From Cyanophora paradoxa CCMP329 (Eukaryota > Plantae > Glaucophyta), in NCBI GenBank assembly GCA_004431415.1, contig QPMI01000575.1, positions 5,894 through 69,893 of the forward strand: a stretch of 64,000 bases of DNA, given 5' to 3'. This document shows, one piece after another, positions 12,918 through 23,937 of this stretch. The notes below the pieces were generated by a model, which made no database searches, was not told the DNA's origin, and saw only the letters and a program-made list of their open reading frames with translations. Each line of letters starts with the position of its first letter. Position 1 is the stretch's first letter. Position numbers and translations under genes: made by a program.

Positions 12918-13379
12918 TTAACCACGTAGAGATGTTAGATGATCACAATCGAACATCTTAAAGATCTTGCATATCTCATTTTCAGGATCGGTGACATACC
13001 ATAGACGGTGTCGCTTATCAAATAAAGCGCCTTGGTTTTTAATGTATTTACGTAATGATGCCTGGGTAAATATACGTTTAGCTTCTATTTCAGGTAGTTT
13101 AGTTTTTATGTCACCAACGAAATATAGACGTTTCGGGCGATTATGATAATCAGGATCGATAACGATGGGGTTTATTGTAGGAAAGTGCTTTAAGATTCTG
13201 TGAAACTTGTAGCAAACAAACCAATACCCTGTGTCATCATCGAATTTAACGCCACAATCTTTGATATCTAATAGTGATCTGAAACAAGTATTACGGAGGT
13301 TGCTTATATCCAACATGTAAGCGCCGTAGTAATGGTGCGGCTCGTTTGTGGTGTTTCCGAAATAAATGAATTGATCCAT
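12918..13379 (-). CDS. Protein with two DUF5710-like repeats (copy 1)
   Basis: 153 aa; GVKFDDDTGYWFV and GALFDKRHRLWYV; AAAATTGA ~25 nt upstream. Confidence 0.7.
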   Translation of the reverse strand: MDQFIYFGNTTNEPHHYYGAYMLDISNLRNTCFRSLLDIKDCGVKFDDDTGYWFVCYKFHRILKHFPTINPIVIDPDYHNRPKRLYFVGDIKTKLPEIEAKRIFTQASLRKYIKNQGALFDKRHRLWYVTDPENEICKIFKMFDCDHLTSLRG

Positions 13380-13460
13380 TTGTAATCAGATGTTAAAAAG
13401 ATTGTCAATTTTTCATAAATCCTTCTCTGTAAAGTTTTGGTTAAACAATTGGAAAACTGC

Positions 13461-13779
13461 GGTTACACAACAGTTACACGGCGGTTACACTTGGTTACGC
13501 GGGGTTACAGGTGAGGTTACGTAGTGATTTTTCGATAAACCACACCATTTTCAGTGTGGTAATCGATAAAAATAACCATTTAGATCCATTGAGGTTACGG
13601 TTACGCAACTTTTTGAATTCTTTTTAAAAAAATGGCTGGGGGTCTTTTTATAGGTGAAGGTCTAAAACTTGCGTAACCGCGTAACTTGCGTAACCTCACG
13701 AGATTTATGGTGTCTTTTTGGTATTTTTAAGGTTACGTAACGTTTTTACTTACGTAACCTGTGTAACCTTAACGTAACC
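13461..13779. promoter_or_regulatory. Iteron module 2 (copies at ~22019-22338 and ~39773-40091)
   Basis: GTTAC at 13462, 13473, 13484, 13494, 13504 and 13516 (10-12 bp spacing), followed by the shared core. Confidence 0.65.
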
Positions 13780-13940
13780 TTATTATAACATCTTAAAAAT
13801 GTCATCTGTTATCAAACGGTAGCGGGTGCGATACATAAGATCATGTCACGAGAAGCGATAGGATCCGCTTGTGAAGCGATGAAAAAATGAAGCAAATCTT
13901 AAAACTTAAACAATAAGTGAGATACAGCGGAATGTACAAT

Positions 13941-14417
13941 ATGAACGCGTCGGATATCCTGACCTACATTAAGAGTATTACCCATATTCCTGTTCTCATC
14001 GATGCTGACCTATCTTTAAAGAAGGCAAACCCTAACACTATCTGTATTGTGCCGTATGATACTAAACATCGTGCGTATTTCGAAATGTTTCGTAAAAACT
14101 TGGGTTATTCACCTAATACCCGTTTCGTCTGCTTTCTCACATTAGAGACTCACTATATTCTTGTTCCGGTTCTTACTGAAACATCGTGTAAATCGTTTAT
14201 CTCTAAGATCATCTCTAAATGGTCTATTAACCTACCTGCGCAATCTAATGAAACTAAGGAGTGCGTCATATGCCTTGATGACTGTAAAACTAAAATACAA
14301 ATGTCTTGTTTGACATGTTTCGCCAAAATGTGCAACACATGCTTTTTACAGTTGAAGAGATCAGAGAGCTTTAAATGTCCGATCTGTCGTAATGACATAA
14401 AGACGCAACGTGATTAA
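13941..14417 (+). CDS. RING-finger protein A (copy 1)
   Basis: CVIC..CLTC..CNTC..CPICR. Start chosen from the N-terminal match (MNASDILTY) to paralogue B. Confidence 0.8.
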   Translation: MNASDILTYIKSITHIPVLIDADLSLKKANPNTICIVPYDTKHRAYFEMFRKNLGYSPNTRFVCFLTLETHYILVPVLTETSCKSFISKIISKWSINLPAQSNETKECVICLDDCKTKIQMSCLTCFAKMCNTCFLQLKRSESFKCPICRNDIKTQRD

Positions 14418-14466
14418 TGTAAAAATTGATGGAAGATAAAAGTTTTTCTGAGTGTGCCGCTCTGAC

Positions 14467-14670
14467 ATGAAAGAGAAAATGAATAATGGACATTGGGTAA
14501 CTTTGGCGACATTGCATAATAAGAAGATTGAGCTTATCCATCGGGAGGTTGATCTTAAACACACAAAAAGACAAGACCATGAAAGACTACAAAATGTTAA
14601 ACAGTATATTGATGCAATCGATGTAATGATAGATGTAGTGAATACGATCGCTAAAATTAAGACCATGTGA
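14467..14670 (+). CDS. Small hypothetical helical protein (copy 1)
   Basis: ATG downstream of AAAATTGA (14422-14429); intact in all three copies. Confidence 0.55.
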   Translation: MKEKMNNGHWVTLATLHNKKIELIHREVDLKHTKRQDHERLQNVKQYIDAIDVMIDVVNTIAKIKTM

Positions 14671-14679
14671 ATTTCATCG

Positions 14680-14695
14680 ATAGCGCAAGCGCTAT
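14680..14695. terminator. Perfect hairpin between convergent genes
   Basis: ATAGCGC-AA-GCGCTAT followed by TTTTTAT, between the stops at 14670 and 14701. Confidence 0.45.
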
Positions 14696-14700
14696 TTTTA

Positions 14701-15000
14701 TTACTTCTGTGTGCGGTTTTCAAGCTTCTGCCTCAATCTGAATGTTATAATGCTACCATCATGTCGTGCCTTCCCCCTTTGAATCGCTTTCGATATTTCC
14801 CCGGGTGTGTTCTCATCGAAATCAATGAATCGGGAAACCTTCTTTATAAACTGTCTCTGTAAATATCCGGGTAGTTGGTTGATATTACACCCGTCGTTTT
14901 TCTTAACAAGGTTCTCGTAAATAATGCTACTGCGGTCATCCTGTGATAAATCGGGATTTTGAAGCTGTTCTATGAAAGCGTCGGGAATCCGTGAAGTCAT
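14701..15000 (-). CDS. Hypothetical protein, 99 aa (copy 1)
   Basis: ATG ORF with AAAAATGAC upstream; converges on the 14680-14695 hairpin. Confidence 0.6.
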   Translation of the reverse strand: MTSRIPDAFIEQLQNPDLSQDDRSSIIYENLVKKNDGCNINQLPGYLQRQFIKKVSRFIDFDENTPGEISKAIQRGKARHDGSIITFRLRQKLENRTQK

Positions 15001-15045
15001 TGTAGGTTACACTGTCTATTTTGGCGGGTTGTCATTTTTTGCATC

Positions 15046-15354
15046 GGTTACATAGAGGTTACAAGAAGTTACAGAGGAGTTACGCAACAGGTTACGTAGA
15101 TATTTTACAACTGCAAGACGACTTTCAGTGTTATAATACAGGAGATTTAGTATTTTTAACACTGGCGGTTACGGTTACGCAACTTTTTAAATTCTTTTTA
15201 AAAAATGGCGGGGGGGTCTCTCTCAGATAAAATAGTGAAAACTTGCGTAACCGCGTAACTTGCGTAACCTCTACGACATTATGGTGTCTTTTCTCTGTTA
15301 TTTTTGGTTACGTAACGTTTTTATCTACGTAACTTGTGTAACCTTAACGTAACC
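15046..15354. promoter_or_regulatory. Iteron module 3 (copies at ~23604-23914 and ~38202-38510)
   Basis: Same architecture as modules 1 and 2. Confidence 0.65.
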
Positions 15355-15380
15355 TTATTATTTAACATTATTCATCTTTA

Positions 15381-15917
15381 TTATCCATTTGCATATAACT
15401 TAGGTTCTAATGCTTCCATTCCGTCAAAAAATAGTTTAGTTCTACAAACTGAACACTTAGCATTCTCATGTGATTCAAGTGAAGAGAGGAAACAATTAGG
15501 ACAAATAAGAGTATTGCAAACGATACAGCCTTTATTATTTATGTTAGTGTCAATGTTTTCAAGACAGATAGGACATGTTTCATTCGGACTCTCAAAGTTT
15601 TCCCTCGCGAATGACTTAATAATGATATCTACGAACCATTTGGTGTTCTCCTCATCAAGATATGGGACTAACATGTAACGGTGTTTATATGAGAATGCAA
15701 AACGAATAGGTTGAAGGGCATGATATCCCGCCTTTTGCTTCCATGCATCAAATACCCCTTTATTCTTGCGGTTCTTTTGAATAAAGTATATAATCTGTCT
15801 TTCGTTGGCTTTCATTAAGAATTTCGTATAATTCTTATCATTCAGTTTATCTGATGCATTGACTATGGGATATGGCGAAATAGACTGTGAAAACGTCAAT
15901 ATATCGTTTAAATTCAT
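15381..15917 (-). CDS. RING-finger protein B (copy 1)
   Basis: CPIC..CIVC..CPNC..CSVCR; paralogue of 13941-14417. Confidence 0.8.
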   Translation of the reverse strand: MNLNDILTFSQSISPYPIVNASDKLNDKNYTKFLMKANERQIIYFIQKNRKNKGVFDAWKQKAGYHALQPIRFAFSYKHRYMLVPYLDEENTKWFVDIIIKSFARENFESPNETCPICLENIDTNINNKGCIVCNTLICPNCFLSSLESHENAKCSVCRTKLFFDGMEALEPKLYANG

Positions 15918-15951
15918 TTGGTTGTGCTACTATCTGTTACAGTTTCTTTAA

Positions 15952-16329
15952 TTAGCTTAGAGTTTTTTCAATGTCGAACACTCTTTTGAGAACGCCATCA
16001 ATTCTTACAGCATGTGATTTAATCCCGAAAATGCGCTTAATCACGATTCCGATGGCTGTTTTTGAAATCGGAAAGTCTATAAGCTCTTCTATTTCAGCAT
16101 GGATTACATCGGAAGGTGTATAATCACCGTCATTACTTAACCTGTAACTATGCATTAAATACGCTTCCACATCAGACATCCCATGTTGATATTCGCCAAT
16201 CCCATGTTGATATTCGCCAATCCCATGTTGATATTTGTCCATCCCATGTTGATATTTGCCCATCTCATGTTGATATTCGCCCATTTCCGTTTCATCCATA
16301 ACAATTTCGATGTATTCCACGTCTTCCAT
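15952..16329 (-). CDS. Stand-alone D5-type C-terminal winged-helix-like protein with GEYQHGM heptad repeats (copy 1)
   Basis: The C-terminal ~70 aa align by eye with the primase-helicase C-terminus; ~5 copies of a 21-bp repeat at 16180-16284. Confidence 0.65.
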   Translation of the reverse strand: MEDVEYIEIVMDETEMGEYQHEMGKYQHGMDKYQHGIGEYQHGIGEYQHGMSDVEAYLMHSYRLSNDGDYTPSDVIHAEIEELIDFPISKTAIGIVIKRIFGIKSHAVRIDGVLKRVFDIEKTLS

Positions 16330-16480
16330 GTTACACTTAACTGTTACATGTTAAAATTTTGTTACAAGTTTTACGGTTGATGTCCAAAAATTGACACTGT
16401 AAAACACAGAAAGGTATTTAAGGGTTTGACTTAAAAGAGAAGTGAAAGGGAATAATTTCTTACCTTCCATTAGAGAATCA

Positions 16481-16921
16481 ATGGCGAATACTCGGAAATC
16501 AAACCAAGAGCTTATCGCTATTCAGAAAGGCGACCCGTTTGTAGAGATTGGAAAAAAGAAACCTGAGTTATCAATTGAAGAACAGGAAGAAAAGGCAAGG
16601 TTGAGAAGAGAGAAAGACAGGGAAAGAAAACGTGTAGCTTATCAGAAGAAGAAAGAAGAGAGACTCGCAAATGGCGAAAAAACAATACTGACAGCTGAGG
16701 AGCTGGAAAAGAGAGCCATATATTTACGTCGTCGATATGAAGAGGACGCGGAATATAGAAAAAAGAGAATTGAGAGTGCAAACAATTACCTGAAACAGAA
16801 AAGGCGTGAGAAGAAGACGGAGCCAAAACCCAAAGTGCAAACAGTGCCTAAGAAATCGGGAAGACCTCGAAAGTATCCCGACCCGATCACATCTTTATCG
16901 GAAAAAAGCGTAGCGAATTGA
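16481..16921 (+). CDS. Basic coiled-coil protein with AT-hook (copy 1)
   Basis: K/R/E-rich helix with KKSGRPRKY; AAAATTGA at 16387-16394. Confidence 0.7.
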   Translation: MANTRKSNQELIAIQKGDPFVEIGKKKPELSIEEQEEKARLRREKDRERKRVAYQKKKEERLANGEKTILTAEELEKRAIYLRRRYEEDAEYRKKRIESANNYLKQKRREKKTEPKPKVQTVPKKSGRPRKYPDPITSLSEKSVAN

Positions 16922-16935
16922 TTGATGGGAGCGCA

Positions 16936-16943
16936 AAAATTGA
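16936..16943 (+). promoter_or_regulatory. AAAATTGA Mimiviridae-type early promoter motif upstream of the primase-helicase (also at 13405-13412 minus, 14422-14429, 16387-16394, 31848-31855 minus)
   Basis: The motif lies in sense orientation upstream of five different genes. Confidence 0.65.
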
Positions 16944-17102
16944 CGCTTTACTTTCTCCTTTTTATAACCTAAGCCAAATCATTAAAGTGCCGTGGGCAAC
17001 CGAAAAGCATTTAAGGACATCCCGAGAAGATAATTTAAACCTGGGAGTTTCTCACTTCCTCGGATTATTTTCTCTGAGAAATTTAAGAATCAATCGCGAA
17101 AA

Positions 17103-19983
17103 ATGAATGCTAACACGAAAATCGCAACTCCCTGTGAGAGACTCGGTAACCTGTGCAAATTTACACCTGAGAAACATAATTGGGGTTCTTTCCTACATTG
17201 TCTCACTCCGAATACTGACAGCGAGACTGTCATAGAGTATTTCGACCATCAGATTACGGAAAGGATTAATGATGATTTGAAGAAAGGCAAAAAACCGACC
17301 TACGCCGAATGCATTCAGCCAAACGAAATAACACGTGTCTATCTGGATTATGACGGCTATGTGGATCTTAAACCGGATGTTGCCGATAACTACAAGGAAG
17401 CCGATGAAATCATTCGTGAAATGCGCAAGAGACTACACGAACTCACCGGTGCTACCATTGCTGTGTCCGTGCGTCATCGTCCTATCCATTTCGTTAAGGA
17501 AGACGTGACCCAATTTAAGGTATCGGGGCATTTCGTCTTTACCGATCTGTGCTGTCGTCATGAAGACATCCCGAAATTCTTAAATGTAATCGGACTTACG
17601 CCAAAGGTGGATTATGACCCACTCGTTTATAAGACAAGGCAGGCGCTTGTTTGTCTGGGTAGTTGCAAGGGTAAATGGTTGGATTCCCAAAACAGACTAA
17701 ACGCGATGTTGATAAGGATGTAGTATTTACCAAATTCGTGGATTGTGAAACCATGTATGACAGCGACTTTTTCGCGCAATTCACGGATTGCCCCACTGTG
17801 CTTATCGATGAATCAAACATGTATATGTTTGATGCTAACCTAACCCAAGATGAGAAAAACGAACGGTCGGCAAAGGCGGAAGTTGCAAAAGAGCAAATGA
17901 AGGAGGAAGGCAAGACTGAAACCAAGAAGGAGACGACCAAGAAGGAGACGACCAAGAAGGAGACCACAACAAAGAAGAAGGAGACGGCGACGACAAGCAA
18001 AAAAACAACAAAGAAAACGGAGAGTGAAGAGCAGCCGGAGGAGTCTAATAACGTTTCATTTGAGAAACTGAGAGAAGTCGTGATGGGTCTTAGTGCTGAA
18101 AGATCGGATACATACGAAGGTTGGCTTAATGTTGGTTTCGCAATCGCGAATGTTGGAGAGGAAAACAATATACCACCCACGAAACAGGAGGCGCTGTTTC
18201 ACGAATACTCCGAGAAAAGCCCTAAGTATGATTATGATGAATGCGCGAACAAATGGATGAGTATCCGCAAAGGCAAAAAATCCGGTTCCGAAAACAAAAC
18301 TATAACTTTCGGCTCACTTGTGCATTATCTGAGAGAGGATAACCCGGACACGTATTATGGACTGTTTAAACCAAGCCGACAGTTTGCATTTATCGATGAG
18401 GAGGTGTGTATGGATGAGAATGACTATTCCGATGTTAGCGCCATGAATGATAAGATGGCTCAAATCAAATTAGAAATGGATAAGACGCTATTAAGTCAAG
18501 GTCTCCCACTTCCTGTTAGCAAGATCTGTAAAGCATTAATTGGCTACAAAGTGCGGTTTTCACGTGGTCTGTGGTTGATCCTGAATGAGAAAACCGGATT
18601 TTGGAAGGTAGATAATAAGTATGATGGTGGTATGATAACTCTTATCGGTGAGGTTGTCGGGAAAGCATACTTAGACCGGGAGAACCATTGGGCTACCAAG
18701 GCGGCAAAGGCGGAGGAACAGAGCGATAAAAAGGAATTCGCAGTAAAGGCAGCCGCCTGTGCAAAAATTGCGCAAAAACTTAACTGTGGAGGTTACACGA
18801 AAGGACTTCTTACATATCTCTCTCATGACCTTTACGATGAGACATTTGCCGATAGGTTGGATTCAGTCGCGAATGTTGTTGGCTTTGACGATGGCGTTTA
18901 TGATCTTAACACGTTTGAGTTCCGTAATGGTCGTTCTTCTGATATGATGACTAAGACAGTCTGTTATAACTATGATATTCCGGTGGATCCTGAGAAGGTC
19001 AAACGACTCAATGACTTCTACATGGATATCACAGGTGACAATGTCGAACTTGCAAGATACATTAAGGCTGTTTATGCCAAGTCTCTAACGGGTAAAAATA
19101 ACATGCAGTTTTTCTATATGTTTACGGGTATCGGCTCGAACGGAAAGAGCGTAATCGAAAATTTCATGCATAAGACATTTGGCGACTACTCACGAAATAT
19201 GAGCATTGGGATTTTCACGAAGGAGGATAAAGGTAATGGAATGATTCCGGAACTTGCGAATAAGCAAGGTGTTAGGCTCGTCCATACAAACGAACCAAAC
19301 ACGGGTAGCAAACTGTTGGCGGGACAAATCAAGAATTTCACAGGTTGTGATGAGATCACAGTAAGAACCCTTTTCAAAGAACCAATTTCATTTGCTCCGA
19401 TGTTTGTTATCGTCATCCTCTGTAATAATAACCTCGAATTTGATCAGCCCGACAATGCAGTAGCGCGCCGCTTCCGTTCTGTTCCATTTCAGCAGGTCTA
19501 TGCCGTCGAACCTAAGCCCGGACAGAAGAAAGCGGATAAAGACCTTACCGGGTTGTTGAATCCCGATAATGACGTAAATGGTGAATGGCGCAGGGCAAAC
19601 ATGGAGATTCTCATAGACATGCTTAAAAACCATGATGTTAATCATATAATCGACCATCCGCCCAATGCATCCTCGAACATTCCGCTAATTATCTCGCGGA
19701 CAGCGACCGTATCGGCACATTCCTAAGGGACAACTACGCTTTGGCGGAGGATAACACGAAATACATAATATGTGACGATCTGTTTAAGGATTGCTCAAAT
19801 ACGATGAGAGATGTTGATAGAAGAGCAGCGATAACAGGACGAGCTGTAAGCAATAAGGTGATGGAGGTGTTTAAGATCGGCTCGACTGTAAAAAAGGTTG
19901 GTGGAAAATCGAAGCGTGTTTATCTCGGTCTCACAAAGAACCGCGCTAACGATTTTGAAGACGATGACGAAGATGTGGAATAA
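17103..19983 (+). CDS. AEP primase-PriCT2-D5/SF3 helicase (copy 1; two apparent 1-bp deletions at ~17693 and ~19662)
   Basis: AEP motifs YLDYD, KVSGHF, YDPLVY; PriCT-2 DTYEGWLNVG..W..GSL; D5_N GFDDGVYDL; Walker A GIGSNGKS; Walker B HTNE; motif C ILCNN; arginine finger RRF. Confidence 0.92.
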
Positions 19984-21475
19984 AACTTATTGGAAAATAT
20001 ACTATTGATATCTTTTTTATGATCATGAACCGTAAGACTCGGTTCTTAATAGAAGGTTACTTTAAGGTTTCTCGGAGTTACTCGGAGTTACTCAGAGAGG
20101 TTACGTAGCGGTTCCGTTAATTTGTTACCATTTTCAGTATTGATATACCGAATTTCTCTTTATTTCACAGCTGTGAGTTACGGTTACGCAACTTTTTGAA
20201 TTCTTTCTGAAAATTTGGAGGGGGTCTTTTATAGGTGAAGGTCTAAAACTTGCGTAACCGCGTAACTTGCGTAACCTCTGCGTAACTTGCGTATCGATAA
20301 TCTGTATATATTTCCGAATATTATAACTGAATCTCAATTAGATCTTGCCTCTGGTTAAAACTCCGCATTTTACTATGTGTGATTGGTCTGTTTGTTAATT
20401 GATTTAATCGATATTATATTCATGTACTTTCTCGATTAAATTTAATTAAATTTAATTCATTTAATCGGAAATATATCGCTAAACTCGATTAAGATCCATA
20501 AATGATTCATTTGTTAAATAAAACAAATCGATCTCTTATTGAATCCAATCGTAATTATACATGAAACTTATATGTTTTTATCATGTTTTAATGATTCTAA
20601 GGGGGACCCTTAGGATTTTTGAAATAATTGGGTGTGACACATACCATATTCAGTAAGGACCTCTTATATTGTGAAAATCTCAGTGTTAGTTGTGTAGTTG
20701 ATTCAAAAAATGCATTTTATACTCTGATTCATTGTTATTTCCTGTGAAATTTGAGTCAACTCAACCCACTTAGTCAACCCTTGTATTGAATTCGTAACAA
20801 AATCCATATACTATTACTACTTTTACGATTAATATGAGTCAACCTTGAGTCCACTTTAATAATAGGGGGAATCTTGGGGAGATGTCATTGTAGAAAGCTA
20901 TTGTAGTAAAATGATATATTATGTCCTTTTGTTACAATAGCTGATCAATGTTATTGTTAGAAAACAAAGGAATCCTTTCACTGGGATTTTGTTTTTTACG
21001 GTTATAAAATTGTATCTGTGGTGCATTTTGTCGAATTGCTTGTATTAAACTGTTTTGCTCTTCTATGTATTCGATCGTACTTTTATGTGAAGGTTACATT
21101 AATGTTTAAAAAGTTACATGGAGTTACGTGATGGGTTACGTAGATATTTTACGATTACTAAGACCATTCTCAGTGTTAAAATGGTTGATTTATCGCTATT
21201 TTGTCACTGTGAGTTACGGTTACGCAACTTTTTGAATTCTTTCTGAAAATTTGGCTGGGGTCTTTTTATAGGTGAAGGTCTAAAACTTGCGTAACCACGT
21301 AACTTGCGTAACCTCTACGACATTATGGTGTCATTTCTCTATACTTTTAGGTTACGTAACGTTTTTACTTACGTAACTTGTGTAACCTTAACGTAACCTT
21401 GTTATTCTTACATTTAATCACTGTTATACTATGATATCATGATAACTAAAAATGATACATGATAATTGCTTATCT

Positions 21476-21937
21476 TTAACCACGTAGAGATGTTAGATGA
21501 TCACAATCGAACATCTTAAAGATCTTGCATATCTCATTTTCAGGATCGGTGACATACCATAGACGGTGTCGCTTATCAAATAAAGCGCCTTGGTTTTTAA
21601 TGTATTTACGTAATGATGCCTGGGTAAATATACGTTTAGCTTCTATTTCAGGTAGTTTAGTTTTTATGTCACCAACGAAATATAGACGTTTCGGGCGATT
21701 ATGATAATCAGGATCGATAACGATGGGGTTTATTGTAGGAAAGTGCTTTAAGATTCTGTGAAACTTGTAGCAAACAAACCAATACCCTGTGTCATCATCG
21801 AATTTAACGCCACAATCTTTGATATCTAATAGTGATCTGAAACAAGTATTACGGAGGTTGCTTATATCCAACATGTAAGCGCCGTAGTAATGGTGCGGCT
21901 CGTTTGTGGTGTTTCCGAAATAAATGAATTGATCCAT
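21476..21937 (-). CDS. DUF5710-like repeat protein (copy 2)
   Basis: Same protein as 12918-13379. Confidence 0.7.
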   Translation of the reverse strand: MDQFIYFGNTTNEPHHYYGAYMLDISNLRNTCFRSLLDIKDCGVKFDDDTGYWFVCYKFHRILKHFPTINPIVIDPDYHNRPKRLYFVGDIKTKLPEIEAKRIFTQASLRKYIKNQGALFDKRHRLWYVTDPENEICKIFKMFDCDHLTSLRG

Positions 21938-22497
21938 TTGTAATCAGATGTTAAAAAGATTGTCAATTTTTCATAAATCCTTCTCTGTAAAGTTTTGGTT
22001 AAACAATTGGAAAACTGCGGTTACACAACAGTTACACGGCGGTTACACTTGGTTACGCGGGGTTACAGGTGAGGTTACGTAGTGATTTTTCGATAAACCA
22101 CACCATTTTCAGTGTGGTAATCGATAAAAATAACCATTTAGATCCATTGAGGTTACGGTTACGCAACTTTTTGAATTCTCTTTAAAAAATGGCTGGGGGT
22201 CTTTTTATAGGTGAAGGTCTAAAACTTGCGTAACCGCGTAACTTGCGTAACCTCACGAGATTTATGGTGTCTTTTTGGTATTTTTAAGGTTACGTAACGT
22301 TTTTACTTACGTAACCTGTGTAACCTTAACGTAACCTTATTATAACATCTTAAAAATGTCATCTGTTATCAAACGGTAGCGGGTGCGATACATAAGATCA
22401 TGTCACGAGAAGCGATAGGATCCGCTTGTGAAGCGATGAAAAAATGAAGCAAATCTTAAAACTTAAACAATAAGTGAGATACAGCGGAATGTACAAT

Positions 22498-22974
22498 ATG
22501 AACGCGTCGGATATCCTGACCTACATTAAGAGTATTACCCATATTCCTGTTCTCATCGATGCTGACCTATCTTTAAAGAAGGCAAACCCTAACACTATCT
22601 GTATTGTGCCGTATGATACTAAACATCGTGCGTATTTCGAAATGTTTCGTAAAAACTTGGGTTATTCACCTAATACCCGTTTCGTCTGCTTTCTCACATT
22701 AGAGACTCACTATATTCTTGTTCCGGTTCTTACTGAAACATCGTGTAAATCGTTTATCTCTAAGATCATCTCTAAATGGTCTATTAACCTACCTGCGCAA
22801 TCTAATGAAACTAAGGAGTGCGTCATATGCCTTGATGACTGTAAAACTAAAATACAAATGTCTTGTTTGACATGTTTCGCCAAAATGTGCAACACATGCT
22901 TTTTACAGTTGAAGAGATCAGAGAGCTTTAAATGTCCGATCTGTCGTAATGACATAAAGACGCAACGTGATTAA
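22498..22974 (+). CDS. RING-finger protein A (copy 2)
   Basis: Same protein as copy 1. Confidence 0.8.
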   Translation: MNASDILTYIKSITHIPVLIDADLSLKKANPNTICIVPYDTKHRAYFEMFRKNLGYSPNTRFVCFLTLETHYILVPVLTETSCKSFISKIISKWSINLPAQSNETKECVICLDDCKTKIQMSCLTCFAKMCNTCFLQLKRSESFKCPICRNDIKTQRD

Positions 22975-23023
22975 TGTAAAAATTGATGGAAGATAAAAGT
23001 TTTTCTGAGTGTGCCGCTCTGAC

Positions 23024-23227
23024 ATGAAAGAGAAAATGAATAATGGACATTGGGTAACTTTGGCGACATTGCATAATAAGAAGATTGAGCTTATCCATCG
23101 GGAGGTTGATCTTAAACACACAAAAAGACAAGACCATGAAAGACTACAAAATGTTAAACAGTATATTGATGCAATCGATGTAATGATAGATGTAGTGAAT
23201 ACGATCGCTAAAATTAAGACCATGTGA
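23024..23227 (+). CDS. Small hypothetical protein (copy 2)
   Basis: Same as 14467-14670. Confidence 0.55.
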   Translation: MKEKMNNGHWVTLATLHNKKIELIHREVDLKHTKRQDHERLQNVKQYIDAIDVMIDVVNTIAKIKTM

Positions 23228-23257
23228 ATTTCATCGATAGCGCAAGCGCTATTTTTA

Positions 23258-23557
23258 TTACTTCTGTGTGCGGTTTTCAAGCTTCTGCCTCAATCTGAAT
23301 GTTATAATGCTACCATCATGTCGTGCCTTCCCCCTTTGAATCGCTTTCGATATTTCCCCGGGTGTGTTCTCATCGAAATCAATGAATCGGGAAACCTTCT
23401 TTATAAACTGTCTCTGTAAATATCCGGGTAGTTGGTTGATATTACACCCGTCGTTTTTCTTAACAAGGTTCTCGTAAATAATGCTACTGCGGTCATCCTG
23501 TGATAAATCGGGATTTTGAAGCTGTTCTATGAAAGCGTCGGGAATCCGTGAAGTCAT
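23258..23557 (-). CDS. Hypothetical protein, 99 aa (copy 2)
   Basis: Same as 14701-15000. Confidence 0.6.
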   Translation of the reverse strand: MTSRIPDAFIEQLQNPDLSQDDRSSIIYENLVKKNDGCNINQLPGYLQRQFIKKVSRFIDFDENTPGEISKAIQRGKARHDGSIITFRLRQKLENRTQK

Positions 23558-23937
23558 TGTAGGTTACACTGTCTATTTTGGCGGGTTGTCATTTTTTGCA
23601 TCGGTTACATAGAGGTTACAAGAAGTTACAGAGGAGTTACGCAACAGGTTACGTAGATATTTTACAACTGCAAGACGACTTTCAGTGTTATAATACAGGA
23701 GATTTAGTATTTTTAACACTGGCGGTTACGGTTACGCAACTTTTTAAATTCTTTTTAAAAAATGGCGGGGGGGTCTCTCTCAGATAAAATAGTGAAAACT
23801 TGCGTAACCGCGTAACTTGCGTAACCTCTACGACATTATGGTGTCTTTTCTCTGTTATTTTTGGTTACGTAACGTTTTTATCTACGTAACTTGTGTAACC
23901 TTAACGTAACCTTATTATTTAACATTATTCATCTTTA

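Noticed and set aside
17596-18180. Hydrophobic 184-194 aa antisense ORF (also at 26182 and 35381)
   Set aside because: It is the antisense shadow of the KKETT-repeat linker in the primase-helicase.
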